Part shown: piece by piece, positions 30,614 to 41,207 of the stretch | Position numbering within the stretch: the stretch's first letter is position 1 | How the letters are laid out: each line of letters begins with the position of its first letter | Source of the DNA: an uncultured Chloroflexia bacterium | GTDB lineage: Bacteria; Chloroflexota; Limnocylindria; Limnocylindrales; CSP1-4 | DNA length: 64,000 nucleotides | Direction of reading: 5' to 3' | Assembly: GCA_963849405.1 (NCBI GenBank) | Contig: CAWKHG010000004.1 | Span: 37,094 to 101,093, forward strand | Translations under genes and position numbers: made by a program | Notes under the pieces: generated by a model | Database searches by the model: none | Seen by the model: only the letters and a program-made list of their open reading frames with translations | What the model was told of the DNA's origin: nothing

Positions 30614-31579
30614 GTGGACCTCTCGGTCGACCTCGCGCCCGACCACGGCGGCCTCGTGCTCGCGAACCCGATCCTCGTCGCCTCGGGGACGTTCGGCTAC
30701 GGGATCGAGTACGGCGACGTCGTCGACGTGGACCGCCTCGGCGCGATCTGCTGCAAGGGGACGACGCTCCGGCCGCGCGTCGGCAACGTCACGCCGCGGG
30801 TGACCGAGACGCCGGGCGGGATGCTCAACTCGATCGGCCTCCAGAACCCCGGCGTCGACGCCGTCATCGAGAAGTACGCCCCGCTGTGGCACGAGTGGAA
30901 GACGCCGGTCATCGTCAACGTCGCCGGTGAGTCGATCGCCGACTACGTCGAGGTCGTCCGGCGGCTCGACGGCGTCCCGGGCGTCGCCGGCATCGAGCTG
31001 AACATCAGCTGCCCGAACGTCGGCAAGGGCGGGATCCAGTTCGCCATCGACGAGGCGGCCGCCGGTGCCGTCACGGCCGCGGTGCGCAAGGCCACGGATC
31101 TGCCGCTCCTCGTGAAGCTGTCGCCGAACGTGGCGGACGTGCGGCCGATCGCCCGGGCGATCGAGGCGGCGGGCGCGGACGCGCTGACAGCGATAAACAC
31201 GCTCTCGGGCATCGCGGTCTCGCGGGACCGCAAGCGGCCCCTGCTCGGCAACATCTTCGGCGGGGTCTCCGGCCCGGCGGTCAAGCCGATCGCGCTGCGG
31301 GTCGTGTACGAGGTGTGCCAGGTCGTGGACATCCCGGTCGTGGCGATCGGGGGCGTGACGGAACTCAACGACGTCCTCGATTTCCTGGCCGTCGGCGCGG
31401 TCGCGGTCCAGGTCGGCACCGCGATCTTCGCGGACCCATCGCTGCCGGTCCGCCTCGTCGGGGAGCTGGCCCTCGCTGCCGCTCGGGCCGGCCACGACTC
31501 GTACCTGCCGTTCATCGGCACGGCCCTCCCGCGCAAGCCCGGGACGCCGTCGTCGAAAGGCGTCGAATACCGGCCGTGA
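30614..31579 (+). CDS. pyrD: Dihydroorotate dehydrogenase family 1B catalytic subunit
   Basis: NPILVASGTFG; MLNSIGLQNPG; ELNISCPN; VKLSPN; INTL; GGVSGPAVKPIAL; VQVGTA. Confidence 0.95.
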   Translation: MDLSVDLAPDHGGLVLANPILVASGTFGYGIEYGDVVDVDRLGAICCKGTTLRPRVGNVTPRVTETPGGMLNSIGLQNPGVDAVIEKYAPLWHEWKTPVIVNVAGESIADYVEVVRRLDGVPGVAGIELNISCPNVGKGGIQFAIDEAAAGAVTAAVRKATDLPLLVKLSPNVADVRPIARAIEAAGADALTAINTLSGIAVSRDRKRPLLGNIFGGVSGPAVKPIALRVVYEVCQVVDIPVVAIGGVTELNDVLDFLAVGAVAVQVGTAIFADPSLPVRLVGELALAAARAGHDSYLPFIGTALPRKPGTPSSKGVEYRP

Positions 31580-31610
31580 AAGTGGGTGCCGTGCGACTAG
31601 ACTGCGTGCT

Positions 31611-32291
31611 GTGACGACCGTCCTCAACGCCGCCGACCAGGCCGCCCGGTCCGCCGTCGCGACGCGCACCGAGGAGCTGTTCCGCCGGTCCGGCGCGCTG
31701 ACCGAGGGGCACTTCCAGCTCAAGAGCGGCCGCCACTCGGAGCGCTACCTCGAGAAGTTCCTCGTCCTCCAGGACCCCGCCGCGACGAGCGAGCTGTGCG
31801 GCTACTGGGCGGCGGCCTACCGGCGGCCGGATGGCCGGTCCACGGTCGACGTCGTGGCCGGCCCCACGACCGGCGGGGTGATCCTCGCCTTCGAGACGGC
31901 CCGCCAGCTCGGCGTCCGGGGCATCTTCGCGGAAGAGGTGGTCGGCGCCGACGGCGCGAAGCGGCGCGCGTTCCGGCGCGGCTTCCAAATCGAGCCCGGC
32001 GAGCGGGTCCTCCTCGTCGACGACATCCTCACGACCGGCGGGTCGCTCCTCGCGATGCTGCCCGCGGTCGAGGCGGCCGGCGGCGAGATCCTCGGTTGCC
32101 ACGTGCTCGTCGACCGGAGCGGCGGCCTGGCGACCCTGACGTCTCCGGAGACGGGACGCGTCTACCCGCTCTCGGCGCTGTGGACGCTGGACGTGCCGAC
32201 GTACGAGCCGGGGCCCGCGACCTGTCCGCGCTGCGAGGACGGGACGCCGCTCAAGACGCCGGGCAGCAGCGGCACGGGAGCCGGGGCGTGA
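31611..32291 (+). CDS. pyrE: Orotate phosphoribosyltransferase
   Basis: GHFQLKSGRHS..Y; FRRGF; VLLVDDILTTGGS; LVDRS. Confidence 0.95.
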   Translation: MTTVLNAADQAARSAVATRTEELFRRSGALTEGHFQLKSGRHSERYLEKFLVLQDPAATSELCGYWAAAYRRPDGRSTVDVVAGPTTGGVILAFETARQLGVRGIFAEEVVGADGAKRRAFRRGFQIEPGERVLLVDDILTTGGSLLAMLPAVEAAGGEILGCHVLVDRSGGLATLTSPETGRVYPLSALWTLDVPTYEPGPATCPRCEDGTPLKTPGSSGTGAGA

Positions 32292-32751
32292 CGCGCGCCG
32301 GGCGATGGCTCGCGCTCGTCGCCGTGGCGACGATCGTGGTCGCCGGCTGTGCGACCGCGTCGTCGCCGGGTTCCTCCCCGTCCAAGACCATCTCCCCGTC
32401 GGGCCTGCTGTCCCCGTCCTCCGGGCCGGTGTCGCCGGTCGTCGGCACGGTCGCGAGCGTGGATCCGCCCGCGCCGCCCTCGCCGTCCCCCAAGGCCACG
32501 TCGAAGGCGTCCGCGAAGCCCACGAAGAGCCCGTCGCCCAGCGCCAGCCCGAGCGGGCCGCCCGTGCTCGGCTTCACGCTCCTCACGACCGCCGGCGAGA
32601 CGCTGACGTTCACGATCGGCGAGCTCGACAACGAGGACGAGTTCTCGGCGTCGGACCTCTACGGCCGCATCTCGACCGAGGACCCATCCGGGTCTTCTTC
32701 ACCGTGGAAGGCGACACGCTCCTCGTCTACCACATCGAGGACGCGACCTGA
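32288..32751 (+). CDS. Small lipoprotein with Pro/Ser linker (frameshifted)
   Basis: MTRAGRWLALVAVATIVVAGC lipobox; C-terminus PIRVFFTVEGDTLLVYHIEDA in a shifted frame. Confidence 0.55.
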
Positions 32752-32761
32752 CCCGAGGCGG

Positions 32762-33740
32762 CTAGAGCACCCCGTCGATCGCCGCGGCGAGGTCCGCGCC
32801 GTCCACGATCGTCGACCACGAACCGCGGATGATGCCGTCCTTGTCGACGAGGAAGATCCACGGCTCCGTCTGGAGGCCCCAGGCATTCGTGATGTCGGTC
32901 GCCTGGAGGTACTGGTTGGCGTCGAGGACGGGCTGGAGCCGGCCGTTGGTGAACGTCATCTGGTAGGGCTCCACGTTGATGAACGTGATGCCCGGCTTCG
33001 ACTTCGCGACGGCCTTCATCGCGTCGAGGGTGGGCCCGCAGACCTTGCTCGTGCAGAACGCCGGCGTCGCGAAGATGAGCACGAACGGCTTGTGCTGGGC
33101 GAGCGCGTCGTGGACCGAGAGCTTGTAGAAGTCGGGGTCGGGTGACGTGTCGGTCGAGATCTGCTTCACGTCGCCGCCCACGTCGGCGAGGGTCGGGGTC
33201 TTCGTGTCGGGCGCCTTGGCGCCGACGAGCGGGGTCGAGCTGGTGGCCGAGACCTGGAACTGCACCCGGCGTCTTCTCGGTGAGGCCGGCCTTGGTCGAG
33301 GTGAACTCGGCGATCCAGTCGCCCGGCTCGGCGAACGTCGTGGTGACCTCGTAGATCCCGCGCTGGTCCTGGATCGCCCACATGAACTTCGCCGGAGCCG
33401 TCGCGACGGGTTCGGTCGTCGACTTGGCCACGTCGTAGAAGGCCACGTTCACCGTGAGGTCCGGCGCACCGATGGAGGCGCTCTTCGCGTCGAGCATGCC
33501 GAAGAGGACGCGGGTCGTGCCGACCGGGTCCTGGACGTCGAGGAGGAGCGGGATCCGCGTCGGGCCGGAGGCGACCCCGGAGGCACTGGCGGACGGGCTC
33601 GCGGTCGGGTTCGCGGTCGGTCGCTGGGAGGCCGGCGCGGTCGTGGCGGTGCCGGGCCCGCAGCCGGCGAGAAGGACCAGGGCGAGGAGGCTGCCGAGGG
33701 CGCGGCGCAGCGCCACGGAGCGCGCGGGGAACGTTCGCAT
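32762..33740 (-). CDS. Lipoprotein with Ig-like domain and thioredoxin-like C-x4-C domain (frameshifted)
   Basis: Lipobox LAGC; VGAKAPDT; FVLIFATPAFCTSKVCGP; FINVEPY; WGLQTEPWIFLVDKDGII. Confidence 0.7.
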
Positions 33741-33851
33741 GGCGACAGCGTAGCCGGGACCGCTCGACCGGGCCTTCGGCGTGACCGGCGGCCGTGGCCC
33801 GGCCCCTCCGCGGGGTAGAATCCGCCGGCGTCCAGGTCATCCGGAGGGTGC

Positions 33852-35725
33852 GTGACCCGTTTCCAGAAGCTCGCGGCGACCACCGTCGCCACGACGTTCG
33901 TGCTCGTCGTCATCGGGGTCGCTCGTCCGCGCCACGGACTCCGGCGTCGCGTGCCCGAGCTGGCCGGGCTGCTTCCCGGGCCAGTTCCTGCCGGGCCTCG
34001 ACGCCGGCCCGAACGTCTGGATCGAGTGGACCCATCGGACCGTCGCGTTCCTCATCGGGATCCTGCGTCCTGGCGGTCGCCGGGCTGGCCCTCGTCGACC
34101 ACCGCGACCGGCCGTCGATCGTCTGGCCGAGCCTGGCCGCCGTCGGCATCGCGCTGTTCCAGGCGTACCTCGGCCAGGAGACCGTCCGCCTCGGCAATAC
34201 CGGTCCGTCCGTGACGGCCCATCTGGCGACGGCGATGATCCTGTTCGCGGTCCTCATCTATGCGCTCGTCCGAAGCTTCTTCCCGGCCCGCATCGCCGGT
34301 CGGGGGAGCAGCCAGCGGTTTACCCTGCTGGCCGCGTTCGGGACGGTCGCGACCTACGGGCTGCTCCTGTTCGGCAGCAATGTGACGGCCGGCGGGGTGA
34401 ACGCGGCCCTCGTCTTCAACGACTGGCCGCTCATGGGCGGCGCGTTCTTCCCGGCCCTCACGGACCTCACGAGCGCCCAGGTCCTGCATCGATGGGTCGC
34501 GGTGATCGTCGGGCTGATCGTGGCCGTGATCGTGGTCGCGGCGTGGCGGACCCAGCGCGACCGTCCGGTCGTCCTGCGCCTGGCCCTCATCACTGCTGTC
34601 CTGTATCCGCTCCAGGCGGTCGTCGGCGGGCTCCAGGTCCTGTTGCGCCTCCAGCCGTGGACGCAGACGCTCCACCTGGCCCTCGGGGCGGCCATCTGGG
34701 GGTTGCTCGCCGCGCTCGTCGTGGCCAGCTACTACACCGCCCGGACGACGCCGGCGCCGGGCGTGGGCTCGGGGGCCGGCCTGGGGATCGGCGGCGGTCC
34801 CGGCGAGGGAGCGCCGGCGGCGACCGCCCGTTCGACCGGCGACACGATCCGGGCCTACGTCGCGCTCACCAAGCCCCGGATCATCGAGCTGCTGCTCGTG
34901 ACGACCGTCCCGGCCATGTTCCTCGCGGCCCGGGGCTGGCCGCGGATGGACCTCGTCTGGTGGACGCTCCTCGGCGGCTCGCTGGCGGCCGGGAGTGCCA
35001 ATGCGATCAACTGCTACCTCGACCGCGACATCGACCTGCTCATGACCCGGACGCGCCGCCGGCCGCTGCCGGCGCATGAGGTGGAGCCCGAGCGCGCCGT
35101 CGTCTTCGGGATCGTCCTGGGCGTCATCGCCTGCGTCGAGCTGGCCTGGTTCGTGAACCTCGTCTCGGCCTTCCTGGCGCTCCTCGCGATCGCGTTCTAC
35201 GTCGTGGTCTACACGATGCTCCTCAAGCGGACGACGCCCCAGAACATCGTGATCGGTGGCGCGGCGGGGGCCCTGCCGCCGGTCATCGGCTGGGCCGCCG
35301 TGACGGGCGACGTCGGCGTGCCGGCGCTCATCCTGTTCCTGCTCGTCTTCTACTGGACGCCGCCCCATTTCTGGGCGCTGTCGCTGCGCATCCGGAAGGA
35401 CTACGCCGCGGCCGGTGTGCCGATGCTCCCCGTCGTTCGCGGCGTGCCCGAGACGACGCGCCAGATCGGCCTCTACACGATCCTGCTCGTGGCGATCTCA
35501 CTCGTGCTCTGGGCCGTCGCCCACATGGGCGCGATCTACCTCGTGGCCGCCGTCGCGCTCGGGGCGGTCTTCCTGTGGCAGGCCTGGAAGCTCTGGCGGG
35601 TCGGCACGTCGCCCGAACGCTCGACCGCCGGCGCGATCTCGCTCTACAAGTACTCGATCACGTACCTGAGCCTGCTGTTCCTGGCCATCGCGGTGGACGC
35701 CCTGGTGGTCATCCCGATCGGGTAG
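33852..35725 (+). CDS. ctaB: Fused heme A synthase (CtaA/COX15) and protoheme IX farnesyltransferase (CtaB); 5' frameshifts
   Basis: ACPSWPGC, IEWTHR, AHLA, LHRW, LHLA (CtaA); YVALTKPRI, DRDIDLLM.RT.RRPLP, LKR.TPQNIVIGG, WTPPHFWAL, DYAAAGVPMLP (CtaB). Confidence 0.92.
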
Positions 35726-35757
35726 GCGCCCTGCGTCCGGCCCGCGCAGGCCCCGAC

Positions 35758-37344
35758 TCAGCCGGCGGCCCGGCGCAGGTCGGCGAGGAGCGGCTCGGCG
35801 GTGACCGGGCCACCCAGGAGGTCGTGCAGCAGGTCGGCCGGGGTGCGCTCCGAGCCCATCCGGAACAGCGCCGCCGAGACCGCCTCGTACCAGCCCGGGT
35901 CGCCCGCCGACCAATCGCCGCGGAGCTCGCGGAGGCGGCCCCGGACGGCGGCCGCGACGATCGCCGAGAGTGCGTAGTTCGCCAGGTAGCCCGGCCCGTC
36001 GATGAGCTGGCCGCGCATCGCCCACCAGGACCACTCGGGATGCGGGACGAGGCCCAGGCCGCGCGACGTGATCTCGGCCCAGACCTCGTTGGGGCGACGG
36101 TCCGGCGCGCGGTGGACGGCGATCTCGAAGAGCGCCCAGCACATGTCGAGCACGACTCCGCCGTAACGATGGCGCGCGGCCTCGACCGGGGTTGCCGCCG
36201 CCCCGAGCCAGTGGCGCTGCCAGGCCGGCTCGTCGGCGTCCCACCCAAGGATGTCGGCCGTCGCCTCGATGAAGCCCGACGCGTCCATCGGGAAGGCGGC
36301 GAACGCCGGTCGGGCGCGGACCGCGGCGACCTGGATCGCGTGGCCGCTCTCGTGGAGCAGCTCGCCGAGGTTGCCGAGGCCGCCCGTCGTGTACGTCGAG
36401 AAGACCCACGGCGAGCGGGCGCGCCAGCCGCCGGCACCGTCGGGATCCACCCCCCGATCGATGCTGAACGCGGTCGGTATGGGCGGCCGGCCGGGCCGCG
36501 GGAAGATGTCGTAGCGGATCCCGAGCCGGGCGGGATCGGCCCCCAGCGCGGCCAGGTGGGCATCGTTGAGCGCCTGGAGGCGACCGAGCGGGATCCGCTC
36601 CTCCAGCCGGCGTGCGGCAGCGCCGCTCAGGTACCAGTGGTCCCACGGCTCGACCGGACCGGTCCCGACCGTTTCGCGCCACGCGTCGAGGATCGACCAC
36701 AGCATCGGTTCGAGCGATCCCTCGCGCAGGCCGATCGCGACGGCGCTCGCCTCGATCGGGGAGCCGAGGCGAGCCCACCGCCGCGCGCTCGAGTCGACGA
36801 GCCGCCGGTACGGGCTGTCCGGACCGCCGTCGCCGTCGATCGAGCGCCAGACCGGTTCGAGGGCCAGGAAGTGGCGCCGCCGCGTGTCCGGATCCTCGAG
36901 GACGGCCAGCCGCTCGTAGACCGTCAGCCGGTCGAGCTTCTCCGAGCCGACGTACACCAATTCGGCGGCCGCGCGCCCGTAGCGGCGGAACGTGGCCGCC
37001 CGCAGCCGCACGATCGCCGGGTCGTCATCGATCCCGCCGGGCGCTTCGTTCGCGGAGCCAGGTCCGGCCGATCGAGGCGTCGACTCCCACTCGTCGAACC
37101 ACTCGAGCCCGCCGCGGATCGTGAGCGCCGCGCGCCGCTCCAACTCGCTGGGCGACGCGTCCAGGGCCCGGGCGATCAGCGGGTCGAGCGCGCGGCGGAG
37201 GCCGCGGAATCGGCGGGCCAGCGCGCGCGTGGAGCCCCGCTCCGGTTCGAGCGGTGCCCCGCGCGTCCGGGCGATGACGAGGTCGCCGAACACGCGGAGC
37301 GCCTCGGCCCAGGTCTCCTCCAGCGCCGCGAACGCGTCACTCAC
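35758..37344 (-). CDS. Gluzincin metallopeptidase (M2/M3/M32-like)
   Basis: LLHESGHA (HExxH), downstream EATAD third ligand, PGYLANYAL. Confidence 0.7.
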   Translation of the reverse strand: MSDAFAALEETWAEALRVFGDLVIARTRGAPLEPERGSTRALARRFRGLRRALDPLIARALDASPSELERRAALTIRGGLEWFDEWESTPRSAGPGSANEAPGGIDDDPAIVRLRAATFRRYGRAAAELVYVGSEKLDRLTVYERLAVLEDPDTRRRHFLALEPVWRSIDGDGGPDSPYRRLVDSSARRWARLGSPIEASAVAIGLREGSLEPMLWSILDAWRETVGTGPVEPWDHWYLSGAAARRLEERIPLGRLQALNDAHLAALGADPARLGIRYDIFPRPGRPPIPTAFSIDRGVDPDGAGGWRARSPWVFSTYTTGGLGNLGELLHESGHAIQVAAVRARPAFAAFPMDASGFIEATADILGWDADEPAWQRHWLGAAATPVEAARHRYGGVVLDMCWALFEIAVHRAPDRRPNEVWAEITSRGLGLVPHPEWSWWAMRGQLIDGPGYLANYALSAIVAAAVRGRLRELRGDWSAGDPGWYEAVSAALFRMGSERTPADLLHDLLGGPVTAEPLLADLRRAAG

Positions 37345-37996
37345 CGGGCATCGCTCCCGGTTCGCCGATCGCGACGCGCTCGCGCCGGCTCACACGGCCT
37401 TCTCGATCGAACACGCCCAGGGACACCTGCACGAGCGGCCCGATCCCGAACGCGAACAACACGGTCCCGAGCCCGACCGTCCCGCCGAGCAGGTACCCGG
37501 CGACGAGGACCGTGAGCTCGACCGACGTCCGCGCCCGCCGGATCGACCAGCCGAAGCGGTGGTGCAGTCCGGTCATGAGCCCGTCGCGCGGGCCGGGACC
37601 CAGGTCGGCCGAGAGGTACAGCCCGGAACCGATCGCGATGATCAGGATCCCGGCGAGGAGCTCCAGGAGCTGGAGTGGCACCTCGGACGGTGCGGGCAGC
37701 ACCACCAGGCCGACGTTCGTGGAGGACCCGATCAGCACGACGTTCAGGAGCGTCCCGATCCCCGGCCGCTCGCCAAGGGGCAGCCACAGCAGCAGGATCG
37801 GGATGCCCAGCGCGATGCCGATCGTCCCGAGCGGAACGCCCAGGTGGTTCCCGAGCCCCTGGTGGAAGGCCTCCCACGGCCCCAGGCCGAGTCCGGAGCG
37901 GGCCATGCACGCGATCCCGATCCCGAAGCCGATGATCCCCACCAGCAATCCCGGCAGGCGACGCAGGATGACGGCCGGCTGCCAGCGCTCGCGCAT
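37337..37996 (-). CDS. YczE/YyaS/YitT family membrane protein
   Basis: LGLGPWEAFHQG; ERPGIGT; LGPGPRDGLM; LLGGTVGLGT..FAFGIGP. Confidence 0.88.
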   Translation of the reverse strand: MRERWQPAVILRRLPGLLVGIIGFGIGIACMARSGLGLGPWEAFHQGLGNHLGVPLGTIGIALGIPILLLWLPLGERPGIGTLLNVVLIGSSTNVGLVVLPAPSEVPLQLLELLAGILIIAIGSGLYLSADLGPGPRDGLMTGLHHRFGWSIRRARTSVELTVLVAGYLLGGTVGLGTVLFAFGIGPLVQVSLGVFDREGRVSRRERVAIGEPGAMPGE

Positions 37997-38052
37997 CGAC
38001 CGATGGTAGGGGCCTCGCGCGGCAGCCGAGGCGCGGTGGCACACTCCGCGTC

Positions 38053-39702
38053 ATGACCATCGAGCTTCGCTTCCTCGGCGCCGCGACCACCGTGACCGGG
38101 TCCCAGTTCCTGCTCACGACCGACCGCGCCACGATCCTCGTCGACTGCGGGATGTTCCAGGGCAGCCCCAACGAGTCGGTGCGGAACCGGATCCCGCTGG
38201 CCTTCGACCCGAAGAAGCTCGACGCGATCCTGCTCACCCACGCCCACCTCGACCACTGCGGGCTCATCCCGCACGTCGTCCAGGCGGGCTTCGGCGGGCC
38301 GATCTGGGCCACCAAGGGCACGGTCGAGCTCGCCGCGCTCGTGCTCCTCGACTCGGGCAAGCTCCAGGAGGAGTTCGCGAAGCGCGATGCGCGCTGGGAG
38401 AAGCGCCACCCGGACAAGGCCGCGGCCGAGGACCTCCAGGACGCAGCGGCGCTCGAGGCGGCCGTTGCGCTCGCCGCGGCCGGGGAGCAGCCGGTGATCG
38501 TGGGCGACCCGCCGTTCGTCGTGCCGCCACCGGGGAGTGCCGCGACGGGCGAGCACGTCGAGACCGTCATCGAGCCGATGCCGCCGGCCCACGTCGACCC
38601 GGAGCGCGAGCTGAAGGCCCAGCCGCCCCACCTCGACATCGACCTCGACGAGCCGCTGTACACAGAGGCGGACGCCCGCGCGTCGCTCGCCGCGTTCCAG
38701 GGGATCGACTACGACACGGAGATCGACGTCGCGCCCGGGATCACCGCCACGTTCGTCGACGCCGGCCACATCCTCGGCTCGGCGATCATCCGGCTCGTCG
38801 TGACCGCCGCGGACGGGACGCGGACGCGGATCGTCTTCTCGGGCGACCTCGGCCGGACGAACACGCCGATCCTGCGCGACCCGACCGTCGTGACGGACGC
38901 CGAGTACGTCCTCATCGAGTCGACCTACGGCGGCCGGGAGCACGAACCGGGGGACGAGGCCACCCGGATCCTGGCCGAGACCGTCCGGCTCGTCGCCGAC
39001 AGCGACGGGGTCCTGCTCGTCCCGTCGTTCGCGATCGGCCGGACCCAGGAGGTGGTCTGGGAGCTCGACCGGCTGCTCGAATCCGGGAGCATCCCGCCAC
39101 TGCCCCTCTACCTCGACTCGCCGATGGCGTCGAAGGCGTCCGACGTCTACCGCCGTCATCCCGACTACTACGACGAGGAGACGAGCAGGCTGCTGGCCAG
39201 CGAGGCCTCCCCGCTCGACTACCCCCACCAGATCGTCGTGAACGACTACCAGGCCTCCCAGGCGATCGCCCGGGCGCCGCGGCCGTACATGATCGTCGCC
39301 TCGAACGGGATGCTGACCGGCGGTCGCGTCGTCGGCCACCTGCGCAACCTCATCGACGACCCGCGGGCGGTGATCCTGTTCGTCGGCTACCAGGGCGAGG
39401 GGACGCTCGGCGCGCATCTCCAGCTGGGTGCGAAGACGGTCAAGCTCGACGGCCAGGTTCGGACGGTGCGCTGCCAGGTCCGCTCGATCAGCGGCTTCAG
39501 CGCCCACGCCGACGAGTCGGAGCTCCTCGACTGGCTTGCCAACTTCGGCCGGGGCAAGGCGGCCGGCGCACCGGGCTACCCGCGGCGGATCTTCCTGGTC
39601 CACGGCGACCCCGATGCCCAGGCGGCCCTGTTGCCGAAGGTGGAGGCGCTGGGCTTCGACGTCACGGTCCCGCACTGGCACCAGAAGGTCGAGCTGAGCT
39701 GA
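38053..39702 (+). CDS. Metallo-beta-lactamase / beta-CASP ribonuclease
   Basis: FLGAATTVTGS; VDCGMFQG; THAHLDHCG; AGHILGS; FSGDLG; ESTYG; FSAHAD; LVHG. Confidence 0.92.
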   Translation: MTIELRFLGAATTVTGSQFLLTTDRATILVDCGMFQGSPNESVRNRIPLAFDPKKLDAILLTHAHLDHCGLIPHVVQAGFGGPIWATKGTVELAALVLLDSGKLQEEFAKRDARWEKRHPDKAAAEDLQDAAALEAAVALAAAGEQPVIVGDPPFVVPPPGSAATGEHVETVIEPMPPAHVDPERELKAQPPHLDIDLDEPLYTEADARASLAAFQGIDYDTEIDVAPGITATFVDAGHILGSAIIRLVVTAADGTRTRIVFSGDLGRTNTPILRDPTVVTDAEYVLIESTYGGREHEPGDEATRILAETVRLVADSDGVLLVPSFAIGRTQEVVWELDRLLESGSIPPLPLYLDSPMASKASDVYRRHPDYYDEETSRLLASEASPLDYPHQIVVNDYQASQAIARAPRPYMIVASNGMLTGGRVVGHLRNLIDDPRAVILFVGYQGEGTLGAHLQLGAKTVKLDGQVRTVRCQVRSISGFSAHADESELLDWLANFGRGKAAGAPGYPRRIFLVHGDPDAQAALLPKVEALGFDVTVPHWHQKVELS

Positions 39703-39710
39703 GCGAGGCC

Positions 39711-40238
39711 ATGGCCCCGATCCGACCGGACGATGTCGCGCTGCGCCCCTGGTCGACGGACGACCTCGACCTGCTCCAGCGATTGCTGGGCGATCCGCGG
39801 ATGACCGAATACCTGGGCGGACCCGAAGCACCCGAGAAGATCCGCGACCGTCACCAGCGCTACCTGGACATGTCCGGGCCGGGCCAGATGTTCGTGGTCA
39901 CCCTCGGGCCGGAGCGGCAGGCTGCCGGCTCGATCGGGTACTGGGAGATGCCCGGCTGGCTGGGCGAAACGGTCTGGGAGACCGGGTACTCGGTCCTGCC
40001 CGAATTCCAGGGTCAGGGCATCGCGACGCGGGCGATGGTCCTCGTGATCCCGCGTGCCGCGGCGGAGGGGACCCACCCGTCGATCCACGCGTTCCCCTCG
40101 GTGGACAACGGCCCGTCCAACGCCGTGTGCCGCAAGGCCGGCTTCACGCTTCTCGGCGCGCACGACTTCGAGTACCCGGTGGGCAACCCGATGCGCTGCA
40201 ACGACTGGGCCTTCGACCTCGACCTCAAGGCCGGCTAG
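39711..40238 (+). CDS. GNAT family N-acetyltransferase (RimJ-like)
   Basis: ETGYSVLPEFQGQGIAT; N.PSNAVCRKAGF. Confidence 0.88.
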   Translation: MAPIRPDDVALRPWSTDDLDLLQRLLGDPRMTEYLGGPEAPEKIRDRHQRYLDMSGPGQMFVVTLGPERQAAGSIGYWEMPGWLGETVWETGYSVLPEFQGQGIATRAMVLVIPRAAAEGTHPSIHAFPSVDNGPSNAVCRKAGFTLLGAHDFEYPVGNPMRCNDWAFDLDLKAG

Positions 40239-40239
40239 G

Positions 40240-41016
40240 TCAGCCCTCGGCGGACTCTCGGACCGCGGCGTCGGCGGCCGCCACCATGAACGCGTAGTCG
40301 GAACCGACGGTCGCCCACGCGTAGCCCTGCTCGCGACGCGTCCGGACCTGCGCGGTCGAACCGGCCCAGGCGCCGACCGGCACGCCGGCCGCCTTGCCCC
40401 GCTCGCCGACGTGACGGATCGCGGCCTCGACCTCCGCATGAGCGAGATCGCCGATGTGGCCGAGCGACGCCGCCAGGTCGTTCGGGCCGATGAGGACGGT
40501 GTCGACGCCGGGCACGGCGAGGATCGCGTCGAGGTCGGCGAGCGCCTCCCGCGTCTCGATCTGGATGCAGCACGTGACGAGGGCATTCGCGGCCGTCATG
40601 TACGGGGCGGTTCCCCGGCCGTACCCCGATGCCCGTCGCGGGGCGATCCCGCGCAACCCTGCCGGCGGGTAGCGGCACCAGGCGACCGCCCGCTCCGCGT
40701 CGGCGACCGTGCGGATCTGGGGCACGACCACGCCCGATGCCCCGGCGTCCAGCGCATGCATGATCCGGACCGGCTCGTTCGCGCCGACGCGGTACAGCAC
40801 CGGGATGCCCGATGCGCGCGTCGCGATGAGCGTGCGGGCAAGGTCGGCCGTGGCGGCCGGGCCATGCTCGCCGTCCACGATGACGAGGTCGAAGCCGGCC
40901 CCGGCGATCAGCTCCGGGACGGCCGGGTCGAGCAGGGTCAGCCACGTCCCGAGCGCGAATTTGCCTTTGGCGATGCGGGGGTGGAGATCGGGGACGAACG
41001 TCGGCTGGTCGGCCAT
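40240..41016 (-). CDS. HpcH/HpaI aldolase family protein
   Basis: GFDLVIVDGEHG; LDAGASGVVVP; RYPPAGLRG; QIET; IGPNDL. Confidence 0.92.
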   Translation of the reverse strand: MADQPTFVPDLHPRIAKGKFALGTWLTLLDPAVPELIAGAGFDLVIVDGEHGPAATADLARTLIATRASGIPVLYRVGANEPVRIMHALDAGASGVVVPQIRTVADAERAVAWCRYPPAGLRGIAPRRASGYGRGTAPYMTAANALVTCCIQIETREALADLDAILAVPGVDTVLIGPNDLAASLGHIGDLAHAEVEAAIRHVGERGKAAGVPVGAWAGSTAQVRTRREQGYAWATVGSDYAFMVAAADAAVRESAEG

Positions 41017-41207
41017 GGCCGAAGTCTAGCGACCGTCGAGGGGCCCTCGCGGCCTCTCGCGGCGCGCCAACGCGTGCTCAGTGTGTCGCGCCAGACGGAA
41101 CGGGTGGTGCACTATGCGCAACAGGGACCCATCCCGCGGAACGGAGCGACCGCGCGCCGAGGTCGCGCCCGTACGATGGCGACCCCACCGCCTGAGGAGA
41201 TCCGCCA

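Noticed and set aside
41020-41207. Glycine, THF or SAM riboswitch upstream of the GcvT-like gene
   Set aside because: Only one GC hairpin (GCGACC/GGTCGC); conserved aptamer words were not found.
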